A stretch of 64,000 nt of DNA from positions 32,001 to 96,000 of the forward strand of contig CAVUWA010000003.1 of assembly GCA_963744995.1 (NCBI GenBank). Reading direction: 5' to 3'. The translations under genes were made by a program, and so were the position numbers. Below, in pieces: positions 46,558-56,811 of this stretch. The notes under the pieces are model-generated. The model was not told the origin of the DNA. It ran no database searches and was given only the letters and a program-made list of their open reading frames with translations. The number at the start of each line of letters is the position of its first letter. Within the stretch, counting starts at the first letter, position 1. This DNA is from Candidatus Eiseniibacteriota bacterium. GTDB lineage: Bacteria > Eisenbacteria > RBG-16-71-46.

Positions 46558-48897
46558 CTAGCGGACCGGCCGGCCCGCCCAGGCCTGGAACGCCTTCCGC
46601 ATCACGGCCTCCGCGGGCTTGCCCTGTGGCGTGAAGCCGGCATCCTCGGGTCCCCCCATGTCCGGGTTCGTGTACCACTTCCAAAAGAACGCGCCGGCCA
46701 CCCACGGCTCGTTGCCGAGCGCGCCGACCAGCGCCTCGTAGCAGGCCCGCTGCGTCTCGAGATCGATCTTTCCCTGCCGCTCTTCCCACGGCCTCAGGGC
46801 GGCCTCGTCCATCGGCGCGTAACCGACCTCCGTGAGCAGCACCGGTCTTCCCGCGCGCGCACCGACCGCGCGCAGACCGTCGATCGCCCTCCTGGCGCCC
46901 GCGCGCAACGTCGCAACCGACGACGTCTTCGCCTCGGCGAGCGGCTGATAGAACGAAACGCCGACCAGATCGAGCGCGTCCCAGAACGCGATCTTCTGCA
47001 CCTCGTCGCCCCAGTTGGCGCCGTAGGTGAGCGTGCCGCCGTAAACCCGGCGCACGTCGCCGATCAGCGCGCGCCAGCGATCCGGGAAGCCGAGCGACGC
47101 CGTCACCAGCTCGTGGCCCACGACGAGCCCGTCGAAGCCCTCGCGTTCGGCCATGATCGCGTAGTGGAGGATCCACTCCCGGTACTGCGCGAAGAACGCG
47201 TCCCAGCCGGCCGGCGTGAACTGGAGATCTCCCACCCAGCCGCGCGTCCACAGGTGCGGCTTGAGCCAGACCCTGAGCCCGGCCGCGCGTGCGTGCACTC
47301 CGGCTTCGATCACCGCTTCGTCGGTCTCCTCGTTCACGCCCCCTTCGGTGCTCGGACGGATCACCGGCGTCCCCGTCGACGGCAGGTAACCGAACGGAGT
47401 GAGCGACACCCAGCCGGCGCCCATCGCCCGCAGCGACTTCAACTCCTCCGCGCACGAGTGCGACAGATAGCCGCGTTCGAGGCTCACCGCGTGCGCCAGG
47501 CATACGCCGCTCTGGAAGCCGTCGGCAGGACGCCAGGGGCGCGGGCGGTGCTCGGCGCGCTCCCCCCGGCCGACCCGTGACAGCGAATCGGCGAGCACCG
47601 AATAGCGCGCACGTACCGCCGCCGGGTTCACCCGTGCGGCCGCACACAGCGCCTCGAGGCCGGGCACGCCGTCCACGAGGAGCAGCCGCCGCACCGCGGC
47701 CGGTCCGTCGCGGCCCGCCACCTCGTACACGGCCCGCACCAGCAGCGCGCGCGCGGGAAGCTCGATGAGCGGCGAGCGCCAGCGCCCGGGATCGGCCGCG
47801 GCATCGCGGGCGCGCGGCAGCAGACGCGCGAAGTAGAGGCGCGCGAGCGACTGTTCGAGCGTTTCTCCCTCGAAGCGCCCGGCCAGCCATGCCGCCGCCG
47901 GATCCAGCCACGGCCCGCGCACGGCGCCGAGCCGCACGAGCCGCGCCGCGGCCACCGCCCGGCCGTCCGCGCGTTCGCGTCCCGCCTGCAGCGCTTCGTG
48001 CACGCGGCCATCGTCGTCGAGGCTGCCCGGCCGCGTGTTGCGCACGATCTCGCCCTTCTGTTCGAGCGAAGCGTACACGGTCACGTCGACGGGCGGCGCG
48101 TCCGGCGAGCCGAAGCCCATCGCGCCCATGCGCGCGAGCACCACCTCCGCCCCGGCGCGCAGCACGCGGATGTCGCCGGCAGCGGGCGCCGCGTGCACGC
48201 GCACGCCCTGGCCCGCGGTCTCGGCCAGCGATTTCGCGAACGCCGCGCGTTCGCGCTCGCGGTCACGGTCGAGGGCCGGGTCATAACGCCAGGGCGCGGC
48301 CGCCGACTGCGCGAACCTGCCCGTGCGCACGACCTCGCCCCCTCTGAAGATCCGCCAGTCGGATTCACCGAACCAGAAGCCGCCGCCGCGACGCGCAATC
48401 GCGTCGGCCGAGTTGCCGGCGATGAGCAGCGCGAAGTGCTTCGGCCCGCGCGGGTTCGGATACACCAGATGGATCGCGTCGTCCGGCTTCGCGTAGCGCG
48501 TGCCCGCCCACTCGAACGCGTGCGTCTCGAAGCGCACCGGCAGCCCGGCGACGAGTCGCGCCGCGATCGCGTTCTCGCGCGGCGCGCCGAGTACGACGAG
48601 CGAGTTGCGGGCCAGCTCGGCGTCCTTCACCTCGTAGTCGGCGCGCACCCGGGTCGAGTCGAGGCCGAACAGGCGGCGCGCGAACAGCCGCGCGCGCGCC
48701 TCCAGCTTCGGCGTCGCGTCCGGGTCGCGCGTGCCGTAGACGAACAGCCACGATTCGGCATCGAGCCCCGCTTCCATCTGCGCGCGCGTGTAGGGCGGCG
48801 CGGCGGGCGCGGCCAGCGGAGCGCCCGCCCGCGGCGCCGACCCCACGGCGGTGCAGGCGAGCACGGCGGCGGCCGCCCATGGGCGCGCGCGGCGCAT
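46558..48897 (-). CDS. Secreted protein with C-terminal GH113-like TIM barrel
   Basis: LKPHLW, VVGHEL, TYGANW, FWDALD, LTEVGY, FFWKW, FTPQGKPAE. Confidence 0.8.
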   Translation of the reverse strand: MRRARPWAAAAVLACTAVGSAPRAGAPLAAPAAPPYTRAQMEAGLDAESWLFVYGTRDPDATPKLEARARLFARRLFGLDSTRVRADYEVKDAELARNSLVVLGAPRENAIAARLVAGLPVRFETHAFEWAGTRYAKPDDAIHLVYPNPRGPKHFALLIAGNSADAIARRGGGFWFGESDWRIFRGGEVVRTGRFAQSAAAPWRYDPALDRDRERERAAFAKSLAETAGQGVRVHAAPAAGDIRVLRAGAEVVLARMGAMGFGSPDAPPVDVTVYASLEQKGEIVRNTRPGSLDDDGRVHEALQAGRERADGRAVAAARLVRLGAVRGPWLDPAAAWLAGRFEGETLEQSLARLYFARLLPRARDAAADPGRWRSPLIELPARALLVRAVYEVAGRDGPAAVRRLLLVDGVPGLEALCAAARVNPAAVRARYSVLADSLSRVGRGERAEHRPRPWRPADGFQSGVCLAHAVSLERGYLSHSCAEELKSLRAMGAGWVSLTPFGYLPSTGTPVIRPSTEGGVNEETDEAVIEAGVHARAAGLRVWLKPHLWTRGWVGDLQFTPAGWDAFFAQYREWILHYAIMAEREGFDGLVVGHELVTASLGFPDRWRALIGDVRRVYGGTLTYGANWGDEVQKIAFWDALDLVGVSFYQPLAEAKTSSVATLRAGARRAIDGLRAVGARAGRPVLLTEVGYAPMDEAALRPWEERQGKIDLETQRACYEALVGALGNEPWVAGAFFWKWYTNPDMGGPEDAGFTPQGKPAEAVMRKAFQAWAGRPVR

Positions 48898-49565
48898 CAG
48901 TTGGGAATGACGCTGGCGACCTTGAAACGGAACGTGTAGTTGCGCGGGCGATCGTCGATGTTGAACACCAGATCGACGCCGAACTCGGTGTCCACGTAGT
49001 GGATCGCCGAATCGTCCTCCGGCAGCAGGCGGCGGTGGAGCTGCTCTTCCGAGCCGGCGGGATCCATCAGGTACGACATCGGGAAGGTGTAGTCCCCGTA
49101 GCGCTGCATGCCGGGAATCTGCGTCGGGGCGAGTGCCGAGTTGCGGTCGGTCCAGCGCGTCGAGCCGTGGGCGACGCGGTCGGTGCCGGCCTGGGGCACG
49201 TAAAACGTGGAGCGGTCCCAGTCGATCCAGATCGGCCGGTCGGTGAGGTTCTCGACCTGGAAGTGCAGGGCGTCGGTGGACGGCCGGAAGTAGAACGACA
49301 GCTCGCGGTCGCGGAACGTGAAGTTGCTGCTGCCGGGAGCGATCTGCCGGAACCGGTACTGGTACTTCGCGGTCTCGGAGCCGATCTGCCAGCCCGCGGA
49401 GTCCGCCGCACCGCTCACGATGCCGGTGTAGCCGGTCTCACTGTTGACCGTCGGCAGCTGGCTCGGCGTGGGCCCTTCGCCTGCGGGGCCGGACGCGGAA
49501 CAGCCGGCGACGAACCATGCAAGGAGCGCGAAGCACGCGCCACGGATCGAGCGAAGGTCATGCAC
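48897..49565 (-). CDS. Hypothetical lipoprotein
   Basis: Lipobox FVAGC; genome-typical codon usage. Confidence 0.75.
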   Translation of the reverse strand: MHDLRSIRGACFALLAWFVAGCSASGPAGEGPTPSQLPTVNSETGYTGIVSGAADSAGWQIGSETAKYQYRFRQIAPGSSNFTFRDRELSFYFRPSTDALHFQVENLTDRPIWIDWDRSTFYVPQAGTDRVAHGSTRWTDRNSALAPTQIPGMQRYGDYTFPMSYLMDPAGSEEQLHRRLLPEDDSAIHYVDTEFGVDLVFNIDDRPRNYTFRFKVASVIPN

Positions 49566-49693
49566 GAGGCGAGACTAGGCGCGCCGGGCGGGGGCGTCAA
49601 GAATTCGTAACGCACGGAACCGGGGCATGGCGTCACGCGCTGCGGGTCGGATGTTCGGGTCAGCGTGCGGTTCCGGGCGGAAGTGCGCCGGTC

Positions 49694-50866
49694 TCAGAAC
49701 GCCGGCACGCGTCCGGCGTAGCCGGTGAGCTCGACGTAGCCGACGCCCGATGCGGTGTGCGCCCCGTCGCGGCCGCCGATTCGCACGCTGCCCTCCCAGT
49801 AGTGAACGCCCACCGCGCCGCCCGTCACCAGCTCCTGATCGGCGACGTTCGGCGTGACCGCGAGATCGAGTCCGGCGGACGGCACCCGAACCTTCCAGCC
49901 GGCCGGGTAGACGGCGCCGGTGCGGCCGCTCTTCCACTCCCCGGTGGCTTCGATCGAGAATGCCTCCCTGGGCAGGTGCGTGGTGCGGCCCTCGGCGCCG
50001 ATCAGCGTGCCGCTCGAGAAGGGATCGGTGCCGCCGTCCTTCAGCCGCATGCGGTAGAGCATCAGCTCACGACCGTCGTCGAGCTGCAGGCTGAACCAGT
50101 CCCAGCCCGCCTGATCCGGGGCGAGCTGGTTGCTGCCGAACTCGTGGTCCATCCACGCCACCCCCGTCACCGGAACCGTGCGGCCGTCCTGCTCGATCCG
50201 CCCCTTCGCCGCCATGCGCGACAGCGAGTAGTAGTGCGACGCGCGGCCGAGCCCCGCTGCCTTGCGGCTCACCCCGCCCTCGCCGTGAATCGCCGGCGGC
50301 TTCTCCGGCGCGAGATCCAGCGCGAGCCCGAAGCCCTTCCCTGCGGCATCGAGCCGATGTGTCACGCCGTCGTCACCGAGCCGGACCGACCAGTCGTCGA
50401 TCCATGTGTGCAGCCGCGTCGAGTCGGCGCCGGCGAGCCCCAGCGCGGGCCGGCCGAGCTTCTCCGCGAACATGAAGCGATCGGCGTCGATGTCGGTCAG
50501 GGCCAGATGCGCGAAGTACAGCGTATGGAATGCCCACGCGGACGGGTCGTGCTCGCGCGAACGGTCGATGCCGACCCGGAAGAACGTGAGCTCGAAGCCG
50601 TAGCGGCCGCCGCCTTCGGCCTCGAGGTTGCCCGTGTAGTACCACCACTCGGTGCGGTAGTCGGGATGCGAGGCGTGATCGCGCGGAAACGCGAATGCGT
50701 AGGGCGGCACCGCGAGCCGGTAGCCCTCGGCCGTGCGCGGCGCCGACGGGCGGGCGGCGGCGGAGAGGGACGATCCGGGGCCCGCCGCCCACGCGGCGGC
50801 ACCGGCGAGCGCGGCCGCCAGCAGCACCGCTGCGCGTCGCGCCGCCCCGCGCTGCGCGCCGCTCAT
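49694..50866 (-). CDS. AttH/CrtC-like lipocalin-domain protein
   Basis: FPRDHASHP, EWWYYTG, WMDHEF, GWDWFSLQL, YWEG, GYVELTGY. Confidence 0.9.
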   Translation of the reverse strand: MSGAQRGAARRAAVLLAAALAGAAAWAAGPGSSLSAAARPSAPRTAEGYRLAVPPYAFAFPRDHASHPDYRTEWWYYTGNLEAEGGGRYGFELTFFRVGIDRSREHDPSAWAFHTLYFAHLALTDIDADRFMFAEKLGRPALGLAGADSTRLHTWIDDWSVRLGDDGVTHRLDAAGKGFGLALDLAPEKPPAIHGEGGVSRKAAGLGRASHYYSLSRMAAKGRIEQDGRTVPVTGVAWMDHEFGSNQLAPDQAGWDWFSLQLDDGRELMLYRMRLKDGGTDPFSSGTLIGAEGRTTHLPREAFSIEATGEWKSGRTGAVYPAGWKVRVPSAGLDLAVTPNVADQELVTGGAVGVHYWEGSVRIGGRDGAHTASGVGYVELTGYAGRVPAF

Positions 50867-53481
50867 TCCATCCTCATCGCTTCGGCGGCGACCCGGGTCG
50901 CGGCGATGCGCGCGGGGCCGATGCCGGCGATCAGCGCCGCGCCCACCATCAGCAGCAGGGTCTGCACGAAGATCCACGGCTCGATCGTCATGCGGATCGT
51001 CCAGCCGAAGAACTGGCGGTGAATGATGTGGACCAGGATCAGCGACAGCACCACGCCGCACGCGCTGCCGAGCAGCGCGCCGGTGAGCCCGATGAGCCCG
51101 CTCTCGACCAGCACCATGCGGCGGATCTGCGCGCGGCGCGCGCCGATCGCGCGCAGCACGCCGATCTCGCGCCCGCGCTGCAGGATCATGGCGGTGAGTG
51201 CGGCGATCACGCCGAGGACCGACACCAGGATCGCGATGATCTGCAGGGCGTAGGTGATCTGGAAGGTCTGGTCGAACACCTTCAGCACGCGCGCGCGCAG
51301 CGTCTGGTTGGGAACGACCTCGAGCAGCACGTCGCCTGCGCGGGCGATCACGGCGTGGCGCACGGAGTCGAGGCTGGCGCCCGGTTCGAGGTAGAGCGCC
51401 AGACTCTCGGTGCGATCGTCGCGCCAGAGCCGCGCGAACAGCCGGCGCGGCATGAGCACGGTGCCGGCATCCGACGTGTAGTCGTAGTAGACGCCTTCGA
51501 CCGGCAGGCGCGCGGGCCCGGACGGCGTCGCGAGCGTGAGCGTATCGCCCGCGTTCACGCGGGCGTGATGATGGAAGCTCTCCGACACGATCACGCCGTC
51601 CGCGCGACGCGCGCGCTCGAGGCTCGCGGGCAGCGAGCCCTGCAGAAAGTGCAGCCGGCCGTAGCGTGCCTGCACCGCGAAGTCGATGCCGGCGACGAAC
51701 GCGATGCGGTCCCCCACCGGCACACGAGTCCCGCGATAGGAATCCACCGCCGCGACCCCGGGCAGCGTGCGGATCGAGTCCACGAGCGCAGGCGGCAGCA
51801 CGGTCGAGCCCAGGTGGAGCCGGTGGCCGACCGGCTCGACGTAGAGATCGCCGCGCACGCTCTGCCCGATCCACACCTCCACGGTGCGGCGAAAACTGCC
51901 GACCATGATCGACAATGCGACCATCATGCCGACCGCGACCATCACCGCGGCGATCACCACGCTCGTGCGCGCCACCGCGTCGCGCAGGTAACGCGCTCCC
52001 AGCAGCGCCTCGATCCCGAGCGTCGCACGCAACGGCCGTGCGAGCAGGGCTTCGAGCCTCAGCGTGAACGCCGGGGTGACGCACGAGAAGGCCCCGAGCG
52101 CGAAGAATGCGGCGACGAAGCCGCCTTCGGGGTGCCGGTCGGTGACGGTCCACCACGACGTCGCCCCGGCCGCCGCGAGCAGCAGCACGCCGAGCCACGC
52201 CCAGCGCACCACCGGCAGCGGCCGCGCCTCGATCAGCGAGCCCTGCCGCATCGTGTGGCCGGGCCGTGTCGAGGCCGCCTCCAGCGCCGGCGCCAGCGCC
52301 GCGAGCAGCGCAACGCCGATCCCGATCGCGAGCCCGAGCAGGTAGGTGGCGAGGTCGGGCTCGAGCCGCGCGGCGTTGCGGATCAGGTAGAGGTCGGACA
52401 GCGTGCGCGAAATCGCACCGAGCGTGACGCGCGCGAACAGCGTGCCGAGCAGCAGCCCGAGCGCACCGCCCACCACCCCGAAGAGCAGACCCTCGACGAG
52501 GAACTGCCGGAGCAGCGCGCCGCGCGTCACGCCGATGCCGCGCAGCATGCCGATCTCGCGGCGTCGCCTCAGCACCGCCATCGCGACCGCGTTGAACACC
52601 AGGAAGCCGGCGACGAATACGGCGATGAACGACAGCGCGGTCAGGTTGAGCGCGAAGGCGCGCACCATGCTCTCGACCTGACGGGTGCGTCCGGCCGGGG
52701 TCTCGACCTTCACCGTGCGCGGCAGGCGCTGGCGCAGGCGCGCCGCCACCGCGTCCACCTGCCGCGGCTCGACGATGAGGTCCACGCGGTCCAGGCGCCC
52801 GACGCGGTGGAACAACGTCTGTGCGACGCCGATGTCGGTGACGATCACGCGCCCGCCGTAGGCCTGCTGGAACGATTCGGACGCCAGGATTTCGCGGACC
52901 CGCAGCACCACCGGCCGCCCCGCCGAGAGCGCGGTGAGCGAATCGCCCGGGGCGAGGTGCGCGCGCGCGGCGAACGACGAGGTGATCGCGACCGCGCGCG
53001 GATCGGCGATGAACGCGAGCGGCGAGGCCGTATCGGACGGCGCCGGCCGGTAGCGACGGAACGGTCCTTCGGAGAGCACGTCGAGTCCGAGCAGCAGCAG
53101 CGTCTCGTCGTAACCCGCGCGGCGGTCCACGTCGGCCGGACCCGGCGCGGCGGACGTCGGCCGTGCGCGCGGCGCCGGGCCGCCCGCGCGCGCGGCGACG
53201 TATTGCTCGATCACGGGTGCGGCGGCGATCACGCCGGGCGTGTCGCGTGCGATCAGATACGCGCTCTCGTCGAAGCCGTCGGTGTCGGCCGTGATCTGCA
53301 GGTTGGCGGTTCCGGCCACGGCATCCACGGTGTCGGAAAACGAGGCCAGCGCCGAGGTGCTGGCGAGGCGGATGCTCACGAACATGCCGACCCCGAGCGC
53401 GACTCCGAGCAGCGTGAGCACCGTGCGCGGCGCCTCGCCCAGAAGGTGGCGCAGCGTGACCCAGCGGTAGAGCGGATTCAT
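50863..53481 (-). CDS. MacB/FtsX-type ABC permease (AttFG-like)
   Basis: Duplicated MacB-like TM domains with RRREIG and RGREIG; FFGWT. Confidence 0.9.
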   Translation of the reverse strand: MNPLYRWVTLRHLLGEAPRTVLTLLGVALGVGMFVSIRLASTSALASFSDTVDAVAGTANLQITADTDGFDESAYLIARDTPGVIAAAPVIEQYVAARAGGPAPRARPTSAAPGPADVDRRAGYDETLLLLGLDVLSEGPFRRYRPAPSDTASPLAFIADPRAVAITSSFAARAHLAPGDSLTALSAGRPVVLRVREILASESFQQAYGGRVIVTDIGVAQTLFHRVGRLDRVDLIVEPRQVDAVAARLRQRLPRTVKVETPAGRTRQVESMVRAFALNLTALSFIAVFVAGFLVFNAVAMAVLRRRREIGMLRGIGVTRGALLRQFLVEGLLFGVVGGALGLLLGTLFARVTLGAISRTLSDLYLIRNAARLEPDLATYLLGLAIGIGVALLAALAPALEAASTRPGHTMRQGSLIEARPLPVVRWAWLGVLLLAAAGATSWWTVTDRHPEGGFVAAFFALGAFSCVTPAFTLRLEALLARPLRATLGIEALLGARYLRDAVARTSVVIAAVMVAVGMMVALSIMVGSFRRTVEVWIGQSVRGDLYVEPVGHRLHLGSTVLPPALVDSIRTLPGVAAVDSYRGTRVPVGDRIAFVAGIDFAVQARYGRLHFLQGSLPASLERARRADGVIVSESFHHHARVNAGDTLTLATPSGPARLPVEGVYYDYTSDAGTVLMPRRLFARLWRDDRTESLALYLEPGASLDSVRHAVIARAGDVLLEVVPNQTLRARVLKVFDQTFQITYALQIIAILVSVLGVIAALTAMILQRGREIGVLRAIGARRAQIRRMVLVESGLIGLTGALLGSACGVVLSLILVHIIHRQFFGWTIRMTIEPWIFVQTLLLMVGAALIAGIGPARIAATRVAAEAMRME

Positions 53482-53524
53482 GCCCGCGCGTCCGTCATGC
53501 GGCGCGGGCGCCGGGGCGTGGGGC

Positions 53525-54268
53525 TCATGTCGGGCGGCGATCGTCGACGACGCGGCCGTCGCGCATCTCGACGACGCGCGCGGCGGTCGCCGCGGCTTCG
53601 AGACTGTGGGTGACCAGCACGACCGTGGTGCCGTGCGCGCGGCCGAGACGCGCGAGCAGGTCCAGTACCTGGTGCGCGGTACGCGAGTCGAGATTGCCGG
53701 TGGGCTCGTCGGCCAGCACCAGCGGCGGCTCGTGGATCAGCGCGCGCGCGATCGCGGTACGCTGCATCTCGCCGCCCGACAGGGTGTGCGGCCGCGCGTG
53801 CGCCCGCTGCGCCAGTCCGACCTCCTCGAGCAGCACGCCGGCGCGCGCCATCACCTCCGGCGCGTCGTGCCCGGCCAGCAGCGCGGGCAGCGCGACGTTT
53901 TCCAGCACCGACATCGTCGGCAGCAGATTGAAGAACTGGTAGATCATACCTACCCGGTCACGCCTGAGGATCGTGAGCGCGTCGTCGTCGAGTTCGGACA
54001 GCGTCTGGCCGGCGACCCGGACCTCGCCCGCGGTCGGCGAGTCGATGCCGGCGGCAAGATTGAGCAGCGTGCTCTTCCCGGAGCCGCTCGGCCCGACGAC
54101 CGCCACCGACTCGCCCGCGGCGATCTCGAGCGACAGCCGGTCGAGCGCGTGCACGGTCTGCGTGCCGTCGTGGAACGAACGCGTGACGTTCGTGAAGCGC
54201 AGTGCAGCCGCTGCGCCGGGGCCGGCCGGCGCACGGCGCGCATCGCCGGCGGTTCGCGCCGCGCTCAT
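53525..54268 (-). CDS. ABC ATP-binding protein (LolD/AttE-like)
   Basis: GPSGSGKST, LSGGEMQR, ADEPTGNLD. Confidence 0.93.
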   Translation of the reverse strand: MSAARTAGDARRAPAGPGAAAALRFTNVTRSFHDGTQTVHALDRLSLEIAAGESVAVVGPSGSGKSTLLNLAAGIDSPTAGEVRVAGQTLSELDDDALTILRRDRVGMIYQFFNLLPTMSVLENVALPALLAGHDAPEVMARAGVLLEEVGLAQRAHARPHTLSGGEMQRTAIARALIHEPPLVLADEPTGNLDSRTAHQVLDLLARLGRAHGTTVVLVTHSLEAAATAARVVEMRDGRVVDDRRPT

Positions 54269-55158
54269 CCGTGCCCCCTTCCCAGGGCCCGCTCGAGCGC
54301 CGCCTCGAGCGACGGCGTCTCGCAGGCGAAGCCGTCCGCCTGCGCGCGCGCCGGCACGACACGCTGGCTCGCGAGCAACGTCTGGTCCGCCATTTCGCGT
54401 CCGAGCATCAGCCGGAGCGCCCACGCCGGCACGGCGAGGAAGGCCGGCCGCCCGACGGCGTCCGCCAGTGCCCGCGTGAAGCCGGTGTTCGTCACCGACG
54501 CGGGCGCCGTGCCGTTCACCGCCCCGCGCAGCGTGTCCGAGAGGATCGCATGCGTGTAGAGGCGCGCCACGTCGTCGAGCCCGATCCACGCCAGCCATTG
54601 ATCGCCGCGGCCGAGCCGTGCGCCGAGCCCGAGCGAGAACGGCAGCCTGAGCCGCGAGGTCAGGCTCTCGAGCACCACGCCGGCGCGCACCGCGACCGTG
54701 CGGATCCCCGCCGCGGCCGCGGGGGCACTCGCCCCCTCCCATGCTTCACACAGATCCGCGAGGAAACCGTCCCCGCGCGCGGCGCTCTCCACCAGCACGT
54801 GGTCGCCGCGCGAGCCGTAATAGCCGACCGCGGAGGCGGTGACGTAGACGCGCGGCGGCCGGTCCATGCCCGCGACGGCCTCGGCGAGCCGCGTGCCGGT
54901 GTCCACACGACTCGACCACATCTCGCGCTTTGCGCCCGCGCTCCAGCGCCCACCCGCCAGACTCTTCCCGGCGAGGTGCACGATCGCGCCGGCGCCTTCC
55001 AGGGCGCGTGGGTCCAGCGCTCCGCCCCGCGGCTCCCAGGTGATCCAGCCCGGCCGCCTCCCGCGCGTGATGCCGACGACCTCGTGCCCCAGAGCGGCGA
55101 GCCGGCGCGAGAGCGCCCGCCCGATCATTCCGCTCGCGCCGCTGATGACGACGCGCAC
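54265..55158 (-). CDS. TIGR01777/YfcH-family NAD-dependent epimerase-like protein
   Basis: GASGMIG, SAVGYYG, GFLADLCEAWE, LLASQRVVP. Confidence 0.9.
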   Translation of the reverse strand: MRVVISGASGMIGRALSRRLAALGHEVVGITRGRRPGWITWEPRGGALDPRALEGAGAIVHLAGKSLAGGRWSAGAKREMWSSRVDTGTRLAEAVAGMDRPPRVYVTASAVGYYGSRGDHVLVESAARGDGFLADLCEAWEGASAPAAAAGIRTVAVRAGVVLESLTSRLRLPFSLGLGARLGRGDQWLAWIGLDDVARLYTHAILSDTLRGAVNGTAPASVTNTGFTRALADAVGRPAFLAVPAWALRLMLGREMADQTLLASQRVVPARAQADGFACETPSLEAALERALGRGHG

Positions 55159-55159
55159 G

Positions 55160-56668
55160 TCAGCCCCCGCGCCCCGGTGCACGCGCCGGCGACGCCGCAT
55201 GCGCTGCCGCCGCGGACGTGCGCGCGGCCTCCTCTTTCGCGCGCGCCGCGATCCGCCGCAGCATCCCGGCGAAGATCAGCACGTGGGCCGGGTAGAGCAC
55301 GTACCAGTAGAGACGCCCGGTGAGCCCGAGGGGATCGAACACGGCGCTCTGATGGATGCGGCTGCCGCCGTCGATCGGTTCGACCTCGAACTCGAGCCAT
55401 GCGCGACCCGGCAGCTTCATCTCGGCCTGGAGGCGCACGCGCCGCCCCGGCTCCCAGGATTCGACGCGCCAGAAGTCCACCGGATCGCCCGCCGCGAGCG
55501 TCTCGGCGTGCGGGCGGCCGCGACGGAATCCGACGCCGCCCAGCAGCAGGTCGAGCGCCGCGCGGCAACGCCAGAGGAAATCGGCGTAGTACCAGCCGGT
55601 GCGCCCGCCGATGCGACGGATCGGCGCGAAGGCCGCGTCCGGCGGCACCGGCACCTCGATGGTCCGCACATCCGCGACGCGCGCACCGTACCGCGCGCCG
55701 CCCCGCCGCACGGCGGGCCCGGCCGACGACACCGCGCTCGACCAGCGCGTCGCCGCCGCATCGCGATCCTCCTCGTCGAGCGCCGCTGCGATCGCCCGGG
55801 CGACGCCCATCGGCCGCACGTCGAAGACGGTGAGGGCGGCCTGGTCACGCACGTAGGTCGCGTTGCGGAGCCCGTCCACCAGCTTGCGGCCGATCCGGGC
55901 GAACACCGGCGTCACCAGGCCGAGCCAGAGCGCCGAGAGCCGCGGCGTCAGCATCGGCACCGGAATCATCCAGCGCCGGAGCCCGCGCTGGCGCGCGTAC
56001 TCGCGCATGAGCCCCTGGTAGGAGACCCGGTCGGCGCCGCCGATCTCGTAGACGGCCGAAACTCCGGCGGGCCGGTCGAGCGCCCGGGTCAGGTAGGCGA
56101 GCACATCCTCGATCGCAATCGGCTGCGCGAGCGTGCGCACCCAGCGCGGGATCACCATGACGGGCAGCCGCTCGACCAGCGCGCGAACCATTTCGAACGA
56201 CAGGCTGCCGGCACCGATCACGATCGAGGCGCGCAGCTCGATCACCTCGGCGCCCGACTCGCGCAGCAGCGCCCCGACTTCCTGCCGGCTCTTCAGGTGC
56301 GCCGACAGCGCGCCCTCCGGATCGCCCAGACCGCCGAGATAGATGATGCGCCGGACCCCGGCGCGGCGCGCGGCGGCGGCGAACGCGGCGGCCCCCTCGC
56401 GGTCGAGCGCCTCGAAGGTGCGCGAATCGCCCATCGAGTGGATCAGGTAGAAGGCGCTCCACACCCCGGCGAGCGCGGGATCGAGGGTCTCCGGGCGCAG
56501 CACGTCGCCTTCGATCACTTCGACGTCCGGCGGCACCCGTGAGCGGAGGTACCCGGGCCGCCGTGCCATCGCCCGCACCGGCCGGCCGGCTTCGGCCAGA
56601 CGCCGGAGCAGCCGGCCACCGACGTAACCGGTGGCGCCGGTCACCAGGATCGGGCCCTCAGGCCGCAT
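55160..56668 (-). CDS. SDR + DUF2867 protein (YbjT-like)
   Basis: TGATGYVG, YLIHSM, SAHLKSR, AEMKLPGRAWL, GRLYWY. Confidence 0.9.
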   Translation of the reverse strand: MRPEGPILVTGATGYVGGRLLRRLAEAGRPVRAMARRPGYLRSRVPPDVEVIEGDVLRPETLDPALAGVWSAFYLIHSMGDSRTFEALDREGAAAFAAAARRAGVRRIIYLGGLGDPEGALSAHLKSRQEVGALLRESGAEVIELRASIVIGAGSLSFEMVRALVERLPVMVIPRWVRTLAQPIAIEDVLAYLTRALDRPAGVSAVYEIGGADRVSYQGLMREYARQRGLRRWMIPVPMLTPRLSALWLGLVTPVFARIGRKLVDGLRNATYVRDQAALTVFDVRPMGVARAIAAALDEEDRDAAATRWSSAVSSAGPAVRRGGARYGARVADVRTIEVPVPPDAAFAPIRRIGGRTGWYYADFLWRCRAALDLLLGGVGFRRGRPHAETLAAGDPVDFWRVESWEPGRRVRLQAEMKLPGRAWLEFEVEPIDGGSRIHQSAVFDPLGLTGRLYWYVLYPAHVLIFAGMLRRIAARAKEEAARTSAAAAHAASPARAPGRGG

Positions 56669-56811
56669 GCAGGGTATCGAGTCGTTCACCGGGTTTTGGA
56701 TGCGGAGCGCCGCGCGCAACGCCGACATGCAGGGTTCACCGGCTCCGCGACACGGAAGCGGGCACGGTCCCGCCGAAAACCGCGCCCTGCATCCAAATGC
56801 AGCCTAACCGT

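Noticed and set aside
56675..56705. ECF-type promoter (GCATCC...CGAT) upstream of the YbjT-like gene
   Set aside because: Spacing and -10 too ambiguous to support by eye.
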